The notes beneath the pieces were generated by a model. That model did not search any database and had not been told where the DNA came from. It saw only the letters and a program-made list of their open reading frames with translations. Shown here piece by piece: positions 11,801-22,630 of a stretch of DNA of 64,000 nt. The DNA comes from Penicillus capitatus (lineage: Eukaryota; Plantae; Chlorophyta), in contig OZ287694.1 in NCBI GenBank assembly GCA_965649825.1, positions 309,197 to 373,196 of the forward strand, read 5' to 3'. How positions within the stretch are numbered: the stretch's first letter is position 1; every line of letters starts with the position of its first letter. The translations under genes and the position numbers were made by a program.

Positions 11801-13060
11801 GAAACACAACTAGCACCCACTTCGCTCTTCATCCCCGGCGTCTTCTCCATTGAGTTCCAGTCGTTCCGTCGACGACTGGCAGAGCGTCGAGGATTCCGAG
11901 TCTTTCCGAAGGTAAGCATCCAAGGCGTCTTCTATGGAGAGGTCATGTAACCCGACATTCGCATGAAAGTACTGTCGACTGGGCTGTTATCTGACGATAT
12001 GATTCTTCACACAACGCTCATCTAGCAGCGCGCAAATACATCGCATCTTTACCGGAAGGTGAGCGTCCAACACGTCGGATCCAGCCACTTGGCGAATCTT
12101 TCGTCTTCCGATCAAACGAGCAAAAGAATCCACAGAGGCAGTAGAAGAGATAGATTTTCAGATTTTGTAACTTCCCGCCTCGAATATCCACATAGGTGCG
12201 TCCAAACGACACATCTCAGGCACATTCTTGATCTTGTAGCGACAAAACAGTGTCTTCTCAATCGTCATCTGTTCATGTCTAAGCAGCCTGTCATCCGCCG
12301 CCAGTCCATGATCGTCTGCAAGGATGCGTTTTGTGATGTCTTTCTTCAGTCTCATCCCCAAACGTTGAAGATGCGTCGCCTTCCGGAAACCTCGTGGAGG
12401 GATAGTGACCATCAGCATCTTTTCTATAGCAGACGACCATCTGTTGTCAGATTGACACGACCATCGTAAGTCCCCTGAAACAACGATCGCCTTCTAACAA
12501 CAGACATATCGTCGTGCATCATTGAGTACCTCAGGGCATGATGTTCATTTTGCATCGAGCTGATCGTTAAGAGTGGAAGTGTGATGGGCGTCGATCCTCT
12601 CCTTGATTCGACAGAGCAGGTCAAGCCTGCATCTTCTGTTCGCGTGTTTCTGCAGATATGTCTTGGACGCAAAGGCGACAGTTGAAGAACACGAAGTAAA
12701 ATGGCTTCCTTCCATTGTCAACTCTCCATGTCCGCCAAGAGTCTTCCAATTCGTATATCAACGTCTGCTTGTCGAGCGGAGAATGATGTGGACAGGTGTG
12801 TACGGCATCATCTCCTTCGATGTCTTTCGTCGTACGGTGTGCAGCCGCGACGACGATTGACGCGACGGCTCTGCAGTCAGCAGCGTCGGCGTTGTGGTCT
12901 GTCTTTCAACGGAGACCGACCTTGACCTGACAAGCATCGCCTTGTCCTTTCGCAGTTCGCCCAAAAGACTGACCGAGCTGCAGCACCTCATCTGCGTGCG
13001 AAGGCGCAAGAATGGTCTCTCGAGAATGCTCGAGCATGTCCACCGAGCTCACCAGATGAG
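5836..13060 (+). CDS. Putative multi-exon host gene interrupted by LTR element 1; weak resemblance to Y-family polymerase (IMS) motifs
   Basis: Exon 1 MDDPFVQSRSIFHRIIRTER (5836-5895), 64-nt intron, then after the element VKQQNHVIDASNNDVATW and a series of small GT-AG-bounded exons (DSRNGHDNVTLQHWLEKARF; IRDRLVPRGYEIVSAVCTAAR; LAPVAVHWKTRDALEVELRSIG; TTIDATALQSAASALW). The exon chain was not fully reconciled. Confidence 0.35.
5962..6103 (-). repeat. 3' LTR of element 1
   Basis: 142 bp with no visible difference from 10347-10488; preceded on the sense strand by the purine tract CAGGGAAGAG (6104-6113). Confidence 0.95.
6060..8963 (-). CDS. pol: Pol of element 1: dUTPase-like region, RT, RNase H, integrase with GPY/F module
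   Basis: RT motifs (RCTIDLR, LDLRSGFYH, LPMGW, YADD); RNase H (VDWS, ELQAL, TDS, NVLADLLSR); integrase HHCC (HYGH...CPIC) and D-D-E (LDF, TDN, VER); WNGPY. Confidence 0.95.
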   Translation of the reverse strand: MNITKTRYLDTAYRPVIRGDRALLPLCMSLIVGPQKCVTKVSPYQITGKGIRGILPISQLPGLIVGTSLSDKGIIRTTIWNATQEARCLSARTCLVAVLRLPGAKFVMTASDICGAHATEEGKRIDAWMKLYPAVFSTPRFDEERALRLEIRASEIEWTVPIDRIPLMNRGVSYGVGEIRQEDAKAELNRLEDQGVIRRLRATERAFYSPILWVRKKDGSPRCTIDLRLLNAYVKPWRSATPGVMATLQSIPADWSHFSVLDLRSGFYHFSVDRTLQTLFAFEQFGIRYTYVCLPMGWSPSPGLFASRVRSVLSGLSVIQYADDLLIGGPSATEHDANLDAVFQRLSDFGFHANREKVQLCSRRVQFLGYDVEPKGYSLGSFLQSKMDYLPSANTVTQLKKLLGLLNVIRGSCPGLAHIIEPLQSELREPPENRKSLMDLQQMTKGIWSKILDCHQRLSFLPKDTTRWYIRVDWSTSSRGYALWSGHPNNGVLVMIGSSRISDHPSSMVGELQALIWSLRQCWDIVIGSEVVVQTDSQSAWMRLKKTPSAEALKDVRILRAFEWLTANWGSRLTIEFLPGEENVLADLLSRWHEPPSKEMTVFLEDDGPAEVLRLDHLTTQRRTAIEKAHYGHWGVFKTLSHLRRDGWHWINDAKDVAEFVRVCPICQRFRMQASPDRWSGMDCQEVNEIVHLDFLGPVHWQRRSRWVLVMIDGLSRYIQLRSATKPNSKVVIQALNSWIRNNTTDESPLRSIFTDNAQVFCGLAVSTWCEEQNVSHLTSGVYSPQSNGLVERSIQTIKERMRRFKLQRKELSLNQLEDVLNDAVHKVTQFTPNELMHGRQRDGQITLMQEVIIWRQRAHQRTLAAQKHTEQCLRRGLGRQGARALQLGQKVLVFEPERRRSPLAPAWNGPYVLEKKIGRKLWKIRRSGQLRGPYHSSRLRVYFDDEEVAQGRVMDRSEDCQQKLKN
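9004..9035 (-). promoter_or_regulatory. -1 programmed ribosomal frameshift signal of element 1
   Basis: Sense strand: A AAA AAC, 8-nt spacer, perfect hairpin GCTCCCT-CCA-AGGGAGC. The -1 frame runs open into Pol (KKLLKAPSKGARNRERASQDDSLSVNITKTRY). Confidence 0.85.
9023..10390 (-). CDS. gag: ORF1 (Gag-protease) of element 1 with N-terminal signal peptide and membrane segments
   Basis: Signal-like LGVLLLLFVHGAVA; long hydrophobic block; coiled coil; zinc knuckle CWWCGSPGHLQADC plus a second CPLCGGRHWKRAC; aspartic protease LVDTGA. Confidence 0.9.
   Translation of the reverse strand: MRTDGVRPTAYRSRQFGFGASLGVLLLLFVHGAVAVQTRSGTVASPNEPTSTSTEDAASSESASQTQQQTWWSWLWSLFVRAKPPPVVVPEPDERRKACDGVLVCATAVFEKTAELAVFGVCQFGRLLWSPLVFTEGFVTAAVVLVRSLREVETVVLAAVLWFAAMNVVAWGLLRLASPYTVALAIATQLSRLPVVQLFRYIWLRIPSMSAPPTPETKQLTAQIRRLEARIAETEVTRAAASNVARVETTPTTPATGPSAPEQRRMTCWWCGSPGHLQADCPFKPKKPKHPCPLCGGRHWKRACPKQNVEENLTESHVRRLYHVNGQISKSVDSPRSVMQFLVDTGATVNLLPKATIEEMGVPVVDSPIAAVKSFAGTSHPVEGEVQMRSIVGDQEAVLTYLVVPGVPRAILGLPGLTSLGLTIKCAEDLLETPEGTRVYCHQVGGADLPSQKNC
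10331..10343 (-). promoter_or_regulatory. Primer-binding site of element 1 (TGGTTTCGGAGCG)
   Basis: Lies 3 nt inside the 5' LTR; 10/12 match to the plant tRNA-iMet PBS TGGTATCAGAGC; identical in the other two elements. Confidence 0.85.
10347..10488 (-). repeat. 5' LTR of element 1 (contains the ORF1 ATG at 10390)
   Basis: Direct repeat of 5962-6103. Confidence 0.95.
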
Positions 13061-14410
13061 TCTGTTGTTCTTGCATTGAGTCGTCCTCGTCGTCATTGTC
13101 TGGTGACCAGTCGCCTCGACGATTCGGAATGCCGTCCTTCGCAGGAAGATCGTCTGCTTCTCGCTTTCACTCCGGTGTAGACGGCGAAAGATCGTACGAC
13201 ATAGCTACAGAAGCAGAACGAACGAACATGACCACCGAATCGAATGCACGTCAAAAGTTATCCGAACGAACGCACCTGTACGACAGATGAACAAAAACGC
13301 ATTCGATTCGAAGAACGAACACACACGGGATGAAATGACGTGCGTGACTTCATAAACGCACAAACTCTGTCAAATGTCGAGCGAACGGATCAATTCATCT
13401 ACTCTTAGAGAGCTACCAGATGTGCAGCCAGAAGAGTCTCTTGAGGAGTCTCCACACCTACAGTGGAATACATAGAGGACAGATAGATAGAAGTCTTGGT
13501 GTATGACTGGCAGCGAGGTGCATGACAGGAAGGACAAGCGTCGAGCTTCTGACGATGGCTGCAGAATTGCGCTCGTGTGCACATTTCCTATCGGCCGCAA
13601 CTTCGCCGCCGACGACGGTCGAGTTGGCAACGGCAAGTCTGGAGAGAGGGTGTGACGCGACATCGCATCACCTACCGTAAACAGTACAAGCCAATTGCGA
13701 ACACATGCCAGAGCTGCCTCCGAAACACGCTTTGATTCAAGTGCTTTGCTCAGATGGCAAAACACTGCTGCAGGAGGGGGTCTTCTGTAACATTCGCCCG
13801 ACTGGACTTCCCCTGGCGTTCTGCCTTCTACAGAAGGGCAATCAGAATGCTGGACTGACTGTTCATGGCATGGATTGAGTCTATGCTGACGACCTCGCTG
13901 CATGTACGCATCACACCAGAGACGAAAGCAGCTCGCACTACGAAGCCACGAAGTGGAACGTTCGATGCGAGCGACGACGTACGGCGGCCCGAGGCGCTTT
14001 TCCTCTCGACTAGAGCATTAGGTCATCACTACGAGGCCTTTAGTGTCCGTCATTTCTTGCATGCGTCTGTACGGTCTTTAAATACGGTACATACGGCACT
14101 GCAAATGTTCGACGGTGTGCATTCAGTCAGCAAGCAGGGTTCGGGTTACGTCAGCCCGAGGCAGAAGTGGCCCTTGCAAGTAACTGCCCGCGAAGTTAGC
14201 TGTTCTACAGTTGTCGCATGACTGGAGCTACGACGATCGGGTGGCTGAACGCCTGCCGTCCAACCGTCTCGTCAGACATCCAGTCGAAGCACGACCAAGA
14301 TGCATTCAACACAAGGCACTGTGCATTCGTCGTCGCTGGCTGGTTAATCAAGGCGCTCCATCCACGAGGCCGACGGTGAAGATCAAAGCCATTCCCCCGT
14401 GTTACGAGTG

Positions 14411-15249
14411 ATGGACTGGAAAACAGTCGCCGTTCTCTTTCTGGTGACCCTCCTTTCAGTGCGTTCTTTGCTGCAGCGTGCCGCCTCGTAGGTTCTAGGC
14501 AGTCTCCAATGCGTTCTGTTGACTCCCATAGGTTATCGGCACTTGTTGTCGCGTACAATTCTCGACGGCCTGTATCGTAGGGGAGCAAGCAGGAGAAGAC
14601 GCGAGCGATCTCTTCGCCGTTGACGTGACTTCTAGAAAGCTCCTAGGCAGACATCGTCCGCTGCACGACGTCGGCAGACGCCTGAAAGATGAAGAGACTA
14701 AGAGAGGCCGGTCTGCCTGACGAAGACGGGGAACCACCAAGGGAGCAATCCTTTCAAGAGATTGACGACCTGGAAGAGGTTTTCACCTCTTCTCCAGAAG
14801 TCGGCCCCGAATCACCGTCAGCGGGAGAAGGAGACGCATCTCTGCCAGAGGCTACTCCGCCGGCTGATGAAATGATTGCGAGAACAACGGAGGCACCTCC
14901 AGCACAACTCTTAGTCCTTACAGAGTCTGAGGCGACGCCGGCGAGATTAGCGGAAATCGGGGATGGAGTCATAGGCTTAATCCAGGACAACGGACTCCGA
15001 GTCCGAGCCAAAGTCGTGGATGGAGCCATCGTCTCGGTAGTCTCTGCTGCGGGCAGTTCCAGCGCGGTGAGGGCGGAAACCCCGCAATCGAACGGCGGCA
15101 GTGGTCGTCCAGCACCTCGCGTCGGAGCGCGCAGTCCAGTCGCAATTGACGCCACAGGTAACCCCTCCGCACCGACAAGAGGACGGGGCAATCCTGGCGC
15201 AACGGTTGCCGCCCTTAGCAATGCTATCCCGAACCCACGCAAAATCTAG
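14411..15249 (+). CDS. Probable small secreted Pro/Ser/Ala-rich protein (spliced)
   Basis: Signal-peptide exon MDWKTVAVLFLVTLLS followed by a GTGCGT donor; SRKLL/GRRLK propeptide-like motifs at ~14630-14690; 186-aa terminal ORF 14689-15249. Confidence 0.45.
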
Positions 15250-16756
15250 TCGCACTGGAAAACAGCGGAAGACGTTTTCACGCAAAGTGCGCGATTCTTT
15301 ATGAACTTGTTTCTACAGATCCAAACAGGAGAGTATCTTTTTTCGTTTTCTATACATGTTATTCTTTGTGAAACCCCCGTCCGTGTATTTTTTTTTCTTT
15401 GTCTGTGAGATGGCCTTGGTAATGTGCACGGAGGGGGTAATCCTGTCACTTGAAACGTCGACCGGAAACTGGCACGTGCTTCACAATGGCCAATTTAAAC
15501 TCCGAAAACGTTAGTGGTCTTGTGTGTCCGAGTGCGTGTGCGTTCATTCAAGCGGGGGACAGCGAAAGAGTCGGCTCTTCTGTGTTGCTCTCCCCGATAC
15601 CACCGATGCCGCGTTCGTCGCACCTCTTCAACTCGGTCACCCTCCCTCAAGACGGTGCCAACAGAAAAGAGAAATCCAGCGATTCGTCAGCGATTCGACG
15701 CTTCCGAGGAAAGATCGGAAACTTCGACGTCGTATGGCTGAAGCGTTCGCCGAATCCTGTCGGATTGTCAGCAGCTCTAAACACAGCGAAGACGTCCTGT
15801 CGCCCTGAAACAGCGCAAGAAGGCTATGAAGGCCGATTACCAACCGTTCAGTGCTTCAAATCGATGTAAGGACTCCCTGTCGGTCATTCGACTGAACAGC
15901 CCCCGTTCTTTCATTCTGGGGTGAAACTTACTTATCGGTCACCGGATCGATTAGAGCGTTCCTTTACAGAAACGTTCATTCGGATCCGGTACCTATGCAC
16001 TAGGCGCTGTGCGATCACTTGGAATTCTGGCTTCGCATAGGGACTATGCGCTTCGCCGTCTCTGATGGCTAAAGGGATGCCGACGACATTACGGTGCCGT
16101 GCTCTTATTCTCTACAGAGTGGAGAAACAGTTCACAGTTACACTCTGGCGAGCGCCGCTGCGGTGCTTCTCGTTTGTCTTTCGGATAATCGCGAATGCGA
16201 GAGACCGCGACGATGGAGGCTCCACCTGAAACGGCAGACAGCTTTCTAGGGATAATAGGAAGGGATGCCCTTCGCGTCACACTTAAAGAAGTGAGGAGGC
16301 ACACCATACACTTTGCGAGGGACTAAGAATCATAGTTTAGCTTCCAGTCACAGAACGCATGCTCTATCTTTGTAATAGACTCGGCAAGAACCTAGAATCC
16401 CTGCATCGCTTCCACAGAAGCACTTGAACGAATAAGTACATAAAACTGAAGGATCAAAACAAAGACAGGCAGCAAGTGGTATCCCCAGGATTGAAAGAAA
16501 AAGAAACAATAATGGACAAGCACGCACGGAGTTTCAATGCCTTCAAAGAAGAGAGCTTCTCTGTCTCGAGAAGTCGGAGATAGGTCAAATATTGACTCGA
16601 CCATTCTATCGCGAGAAAGGCACGAACACCAAAGCTCAATTGATGAAACGTTAACGGACAGTTCTAAACACAAAAGCTCTTGACGCACAGAAACCCACAA
16701 AACCAAAATCGTCATGACTGATGGTATCCTCAGCCCGTCATTCCCGTAAGCCTAGT

Positions 16757-19700
16757 CTAGTCAAGGGACAAGGACGCGTCCTTGCGGCCTGGTGGCGTGG
16801 TCTGACCCCGTCCTTTCAGCTGTTCTCCTTCCTTGCTCCGCCCGTATCTCTCTATCCCGTCATTCCATATGTTCACACATTCCTGCAGGAACCAGCGCAG
16901 ACAGCTCCATCCGTGAAGAAGGTAAATTTTCGCCGCCTCTCTCCAGTGCAGTTCGTGCCTGTCAGGCACACGTCCGTGCAGACCTCTTGATAGCGTGCGG
17001 ACCATCCATCGATCCGCGTACTTCCTTTCCAGGTAATACTCGTTCTGTATCATCAGCTTCTGCACCACGTCGAAGAACTTGTGCTGTTTCTTCGACTTCC
17101 ACTCGTCATACTTCTCGAACGCCAGACCAAGGCCGAGGGTGGCGTACTCCAACATCTGCACCAGCAGGACCAGGGCCTCGGACAGCAGCATCACCAAGCC
17201 GATCACTTGATTCGTGTCCTCGTCAGTATCCGGCCCAACGATCAGAAAGAGAGCACAGGTGTAGACAATCAAATCGGCAGTATGTGACAACAGCAGCACA
17301 AACATGTTGAAACGCGACATAAAGGGATTCGCAGTGCGCAGGAGCAGAAGAAGAATCAAGGACAGTGCTATGAGCGTGACGATGGACGAGATGTTGTCGT
17401 CAGTGTTGCCCACGCCGGCGACGATGCAGCCGACGAGGATGATCGTGATCATGTCCAGCAGTTTCGACATCAGCTGCAGGTGGTATCTGTAGACTCTGCT
17501 GGATCCGAGTCGCAGGCGGTTGTTTTCGAACTTCGGGACGGGTACCGTCCATAGGGGACGTTCACTCAGGACCACCAGCTTGCCTCGATCGACCCGACCT
17601 GTGGCGGGATCGACGTCCAGCGTGGCATCGCGTCTGCCGATTGCCGGTCCTCTGTATTCCTCGAAGAGCAGTCCGTATCGCTGGTGGAACTTCGATCCTT
17701 CTGTCGTGGTGGTGACCCATTCCGCTTCTTGCTGCCGCTTGCCGAGGAAAAGCGTCAGCAGCGACATGTCGGAAATCGACTTCAGGATCCCTCGAAAGGT
17801 GAGGGTATCGCCGGCCTCCGCGTCCGGTCCGGCCTCTTTCGTGGCGGCCTCCCGATACTCGGCATCGTGCTTTCCAGTAGACTCTTCCCGAGACGCTGTG
17901 GATCTCGTCTGCACGACGGCGAGATCGATTTCGGAAGACGTTCTCCGCGACCGGTGTCCGGATCCGGATGTGGATTCTGGGCTCCGATGGTTCGCGGCGG
18001 GAATCCTTCTTCCTTTGCACATGAACATTCTCCACACTCTTCGGAGCGCTCTCAGTTTCTTGTTCGGGATGTTCGTCACGAAGTTCACTTCTCTGCGATG
18101 GGGCGGCAGGCGCAGGACGTAGAACCACAACATGTAAACGCTCCACGTGAGGAAGAGACCTGGCACAGCAACCAGCAGCCACGTCGCCAGCATGGCGTTA
18201 TCTAAGAGGCACATGCAGACGGACAGCACAAGGGAGTGTCACATACCTCTGTCCGTCTGATAGAGTCCGGCGCAGGCGATCGAGATCGGAGGCAGCGAGA
18301 AGAACGCCAACATGAGCTGCAGTCTCGGCGGCTGCAGTATATCCGGAATCTCCTTCTCGGCGACGACGAAGTACGCAATGACGATGCCGTGGCAGAGGCA
18401 GACGGCAAAGAAGAGAGCGGGCACCCAGAACATCGTTCTCCGGAAGTAGTCCACCTTCGACTGGTCTTCCGGAGACTCGGATGCCGCGTCGTCGCTTTCG
18501 ACGACCTTTAGTGCCCTTCGCGCGACGCCCGTCGCGTTTCTCTGCGCAGAGAGGGGCGATCACTGATCGCAGGGTGTCGATAGGATTCTTACCTTTTCTG
18601 TCGAACGGCTGTCCTCCCAAGGCGTCTTGACATCCAAGACGGTCCATTTCAACTCGCTGGCGAAGTTCTGGTAGTTTACTGGCATTCGAGTAACCGCCAG
18701 CATCCCTGAAGAACGCGCGTGCCAACCAGAAGGGATACGACCGGGCTGACGCGACCTGTCATGTGGAGCTTCTGCGCGTGATGGATCATTCTGATCGCGG
18801 ATCCGCCGCCAGAGCCGCCAGCCGCTGCACAGAAGGGCGATTTCGAGGAGAGGCGGACACGATCTCTTACCTGAAGACGTGGCGAGGCTTGCCGTACCGA
18901 CTCCGGCAACGACGACAGTGGTCACTCTTCCGACCGTCTCCCCCGAAGAGGACTTCCCCTCCGTTAAAGCGATCGCTCTCTTGAGCAACCGATCCTGTCT
19001 CGCTTTCGGTGGCGGAAACGGACGGTAGTAGATAACGCGACGCTCCGCCTTGAGCATCGCGTTTCCCGCGAAGTCCTCGAACCCTCTGTCGACCGTAATC
19101 TCGATGTCCGCTGTTCGATTGCTGCTCTCCGTCTCGATGGCGAAGTACACCGTACGGTGTCCTCCTCGACCTATCACTCGAGATCTTCCACCCCGAATGC
19201 GGATTCCCCCTTCGATGCCTTTCGCCAGCAGATTCGCAAAGCACTCTTCGGACGGCCGAGTGAGGGAACGGATGTCGTGACGTCGTTGGGTGATGCGGGA
19301 CACCACCGGGCAGTCGAGCGGCTGGCTTTCCCACACAACCCTCTCCGAAAAGGAGACGCGGACTGTGTACCTGTGCGCACGATCTCCGCTCTGCTCATCG
19401 AGCAATTCGATCTCCGCGCGTGGCGGCGCGGAATCTCTCACGAGCGCCAAGAAACGTGTCCACTCTCCGGCACGCGCCTCCAGCATGACGCGCCCATCTG
19501 TCGCGAGAATCGTGGTCAAACGGGCGACGGACAGTCTGTCGGACTGCCTGACTGACAACTCTCGGCGCCCATCGACGTAAATCTCCAAATCATCTTCAAA
19601 ATCCATGGCATAGCCACTCTCGTCCAACCAACTGACGATGACTTTGATTCGGTCCGCTGACGTCAGCAGTGTGACATCTTGTGGACAGGACTCGCAGAAG

Positions 19701-20060
19701 AAGATTCGGCCCAGTCCAGCGGGATGCCGTACAAGCGTTCGCGTCGACTACAGAGCCAAGCTGCCTTCGTATCCAATGAGACGGAGTCTCTGACCTCGTT
19801 GTAGACGAAGACATGCGCATCGGTGTTGGGCGTCGGGTAAAGCACCGGCTGAGCTCGGGAGAGAAACCTCGAAGGAGTCCACAGAGATAGCTACGCGCAT
19901 AGAGACATTTTCGAACCGCAGCTCAGTCACATCTTCGGCGGAGATACCCATAGCAGCGCGAAGGCACCATAAGTTATCTGTACGGCAAGGGAGACAGAGA
20001 CCCGAGGGGTTAGTGACGTTGAAGCTTTGGTCATCGCCAGACGACAGAGTAAAAAGACTT
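16757..20060 (-). CDS. Multi-exon membrane protein: N-terminal Ig-like domains plus TRP-type (PF06011-like) multi-pass C-terminus; resembles the plant AT3G48200-type family
   Basis: Exons 18560-19627 (Ig-like IEITVDRGFEDFAGN; MPVNYQNFASELKW), 18239-18454 (RTMFW...PRLQLMLAFFSLPPI) and 16757-18229 (RYGLLFEEYR plus several TM segments). The 5' end is uncertain. Confidence 0.7.
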
Positions 20061-20809
20061 GGAAGCTAGCTGATGAGGACCGCCGACCCAGAACGCGCGA
20101 ACAGTCAGTTACACGAGGCCGCGGCTCCCTTTTATCATCTTCGGTGACATCACCTGCCGCAGCGTGGCATGCGTCAGTATCATGGATAAGAACAATGACT
20201 GTCGCATCGTGGTCTAACACGGCACGTCATCATCGCGACGGCCACCGTAGCGGGCGTGTGAAATTTTATCTCGGCTGGTCTGTTCGGTAGGCCAACGTGT
20301 GTCATCCGCGGCACTCAGGGAGAGGCAATCCGGCAACCGAGAATCATAGTTTGTGGACGTCGAATGTACGAGACTGGCGTGCGAATCGATAACGCGACCT
20401 TGACTCTGAAACGGCGCTGTTGTATTGCACGGAAGATGGCTTTTCTGTCGACCTTTAGCGATCTTTTGCTCACAGTCTATTGCCGTCAGAGCGTCTTTGT
20501 GGTTTCCGACGGCAGCTCCGAGTTCAACCAGTTCCGCACCGGATGCTTGACGAGCGCATTAGGCTGTATCTCCTTTCAAAGAGAAGTAAATCCCTCTTCT
20601 TTAACCGGCGCATGTTCAAAACAAGCGTCACATGTTCGGCGCTGTGCTGCATGGGTATGCCCGTCGGCCGTTTGTCGATATTCCGCACGCGACGGCAAAT
20701 AAAGGCAAGAGTCTAGACTTCTGTTATATGCCGTCTGACAAACAAACCGCCACGACACGTCTGCCTTTGCAATTAGGTAAACGATCGCAGGTGTTCGCAA
20801 AACGATTGA

Positions 20810-21700
20810 CGAACGTTTGTGCGAACGATGCGTCAAAAAGTGCGAGTCCTGACGCGATAGAAGGTCGAAAAACAGTTGTTTGGACGAGGAATTTGCATGC
20901 ACATGACTGCGATGAGGGTGGATGATGTGGACGCCATTTAAGAAGAGCAAGCAATTGGGAGCTGAGTAACTGTGCGAACGTCGCCTTGATTTCCTTGAAG
21001 ACTCTTAGAACTACGTGATATTAAAAACCTTTTTAATGATATGAGTATTTTCGATTCGTAAGCACCACCTGCGTCGATACTTACCTTTGAGAGAGAAAAC
21101 TCGAAGGGTCATTGGAACGACGCAAAGTAGGCTTCGTGAGACGTGACGCCGACTGCATTGAGGCGTAAAGTTGCAGGAGAACAGGTAAATTGACTCTTTG
21201 AGAGACGCAAAAGACAGAGTATGTGGCCACGGTCATCAAAATCGCTACGTCGGACCTGCAGTTCCGCGAAAAGTCGTCGCGTTCGCCTCGGTTTTGGGGA
21301 CTAAAGAAGTCAAAGGAGAAGTTGACAAAAGTTTTTGTCCGGGTGGTGACCCTATCGTCGGCCTCCGAACTTAGCGCGACGTTGTCCTTTCCCCGCCGGA
21401 ACCCATCCAACTCGGCGCGGGCTCGCCAGACACAACCGGGTCAACTCTGATGGGACGTCCCTCCTCTGTGTCCGGCGCAGGAATCGAACCCCCGCGGTCG
21501 TACTTCTCGAACTGGTCCAACTGCACTATCCGCTTCGGGTCGATCCCCACAGTCGAGAAGACGCCGTCGCTAACTTATGCGCACCCGTGACGACTTCGCC
21601 GACGACTCTTTGAAGACTTTCTCCACCGACCACCCCTACACCCGTGACGACTTCTCCTGCAGCTTTTTGACGTTTTGGCGACCGACCACCGCTTTCCCGT
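20810..21700 (+). repeat. Copy of a ~0.8-kb dispersed repeat (decayed exon-like sequence plus GACGACTT minisatellite); inverted copy at 33882-34710, partial direct copy at 46415-46870
   Basis: Direct alignment by eye, e.g. GTTTTTGTCCGGGTGGTG(A/G)CCCTATCGTCGG...GTCGAGAAG in all three copies. Confidence 0.9.
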
Positions 21701-22179
21701 AACGAAATCTTGACTACTTTTAGAAGTCTTTCACAGTCAAACACGTACACCCCGGGTTGACTCTCTTATCAACAACAACCGTGCGTCTCTTGTGCTTTCT
21801 TCTTTGAAGACATCGGTGAAAACACCACTCTGTTGGTTATCGTCGAGCCTAAAATTTGCTCTCTAGCTAGATGAAAGATAAACAACCACAACAAACCGTG
21901 GCGTTATCGTGTGTCTCCCGAGAGACCAAAGTGAAACTCTGTAACCTCTTTGATGTTTGACATTCCTAATGTTTAGAAACTGTTTGTAGTGTACAATTTG
22001 GGCCACGGAATCTGGAGAAGCCAACATCCTCAACGTCAATGCGCAAGAACAAGCTCATTGCTACTGTCGCAGCGTTTTGCGACAACACTAGCAATGAGAG
22101 AGTGTATGTACTTGCGGACAGCAATCAAGGTTTCGTCTAACGCTCTCGCCGTTGTCACGAACAAGCGATGTTCTTATTA

Positions 22180-22630
22180 CACGCAACGTCTGTATCAGAC
22201 GAGAGAAGAGCCCCACCAAGCACCCTTGTAAAGTACAAGGTGTATATTCTTCAAAGTCAGGATAAATCTCTTTTGAAAGAGAACGCAAATGTTCTCCTAA
22301 AATCAGTCTCATGCGAAAAGTAAGCAGCCCTGAGTTGTGTGGTCGCGCCTCAGATTCGATCTGTGGATCCGACGAACTACCGAATCTCAACGTCATCGAC
22401 TTACTCTTATAGTGAGTATGTCGACGTTTGTGACCAAGAAGAGCACAGCTCTCCATTGCTGACGAAGTCATGTGCCCAAGGTTACATTTTCAACATTCCA
22501 CACAACTGACCTCCGAGAGTTTTGAGTCGTGCGAAGAAAGCTCTTCTGTGGTGTTTGTCAAGATCGTCAGCCTACGTCACACTGTGGGCATCTTAAAGAA
22601 ATCTAACATCTTCACGACAAAGATGTGAGA
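22180..22630 (+). pseudogene. Exon-like remnants of an unknown gene (paralog at ~47290-47720 carries stops)
   Basis: Conserved frames PPSTLVKYKVYILQSQ, IRSVDPTNY and LHFQHSTQLTSES bounded by GT/AG. Confidence 0.35.

Noticed and set aside
12158-12672. Minus-strand ORFs that read as protein-like
   Set aside because: Splice signals in this region favour a plus-strand gene, and no family motif was recognised.
21077-21090. ATACTTACCT resembling the U1 snRNA 5' end
   Set aside because: The U1 body does not follow; it is best read as the reverse complement of an AG|GTAAGT donor-like word.
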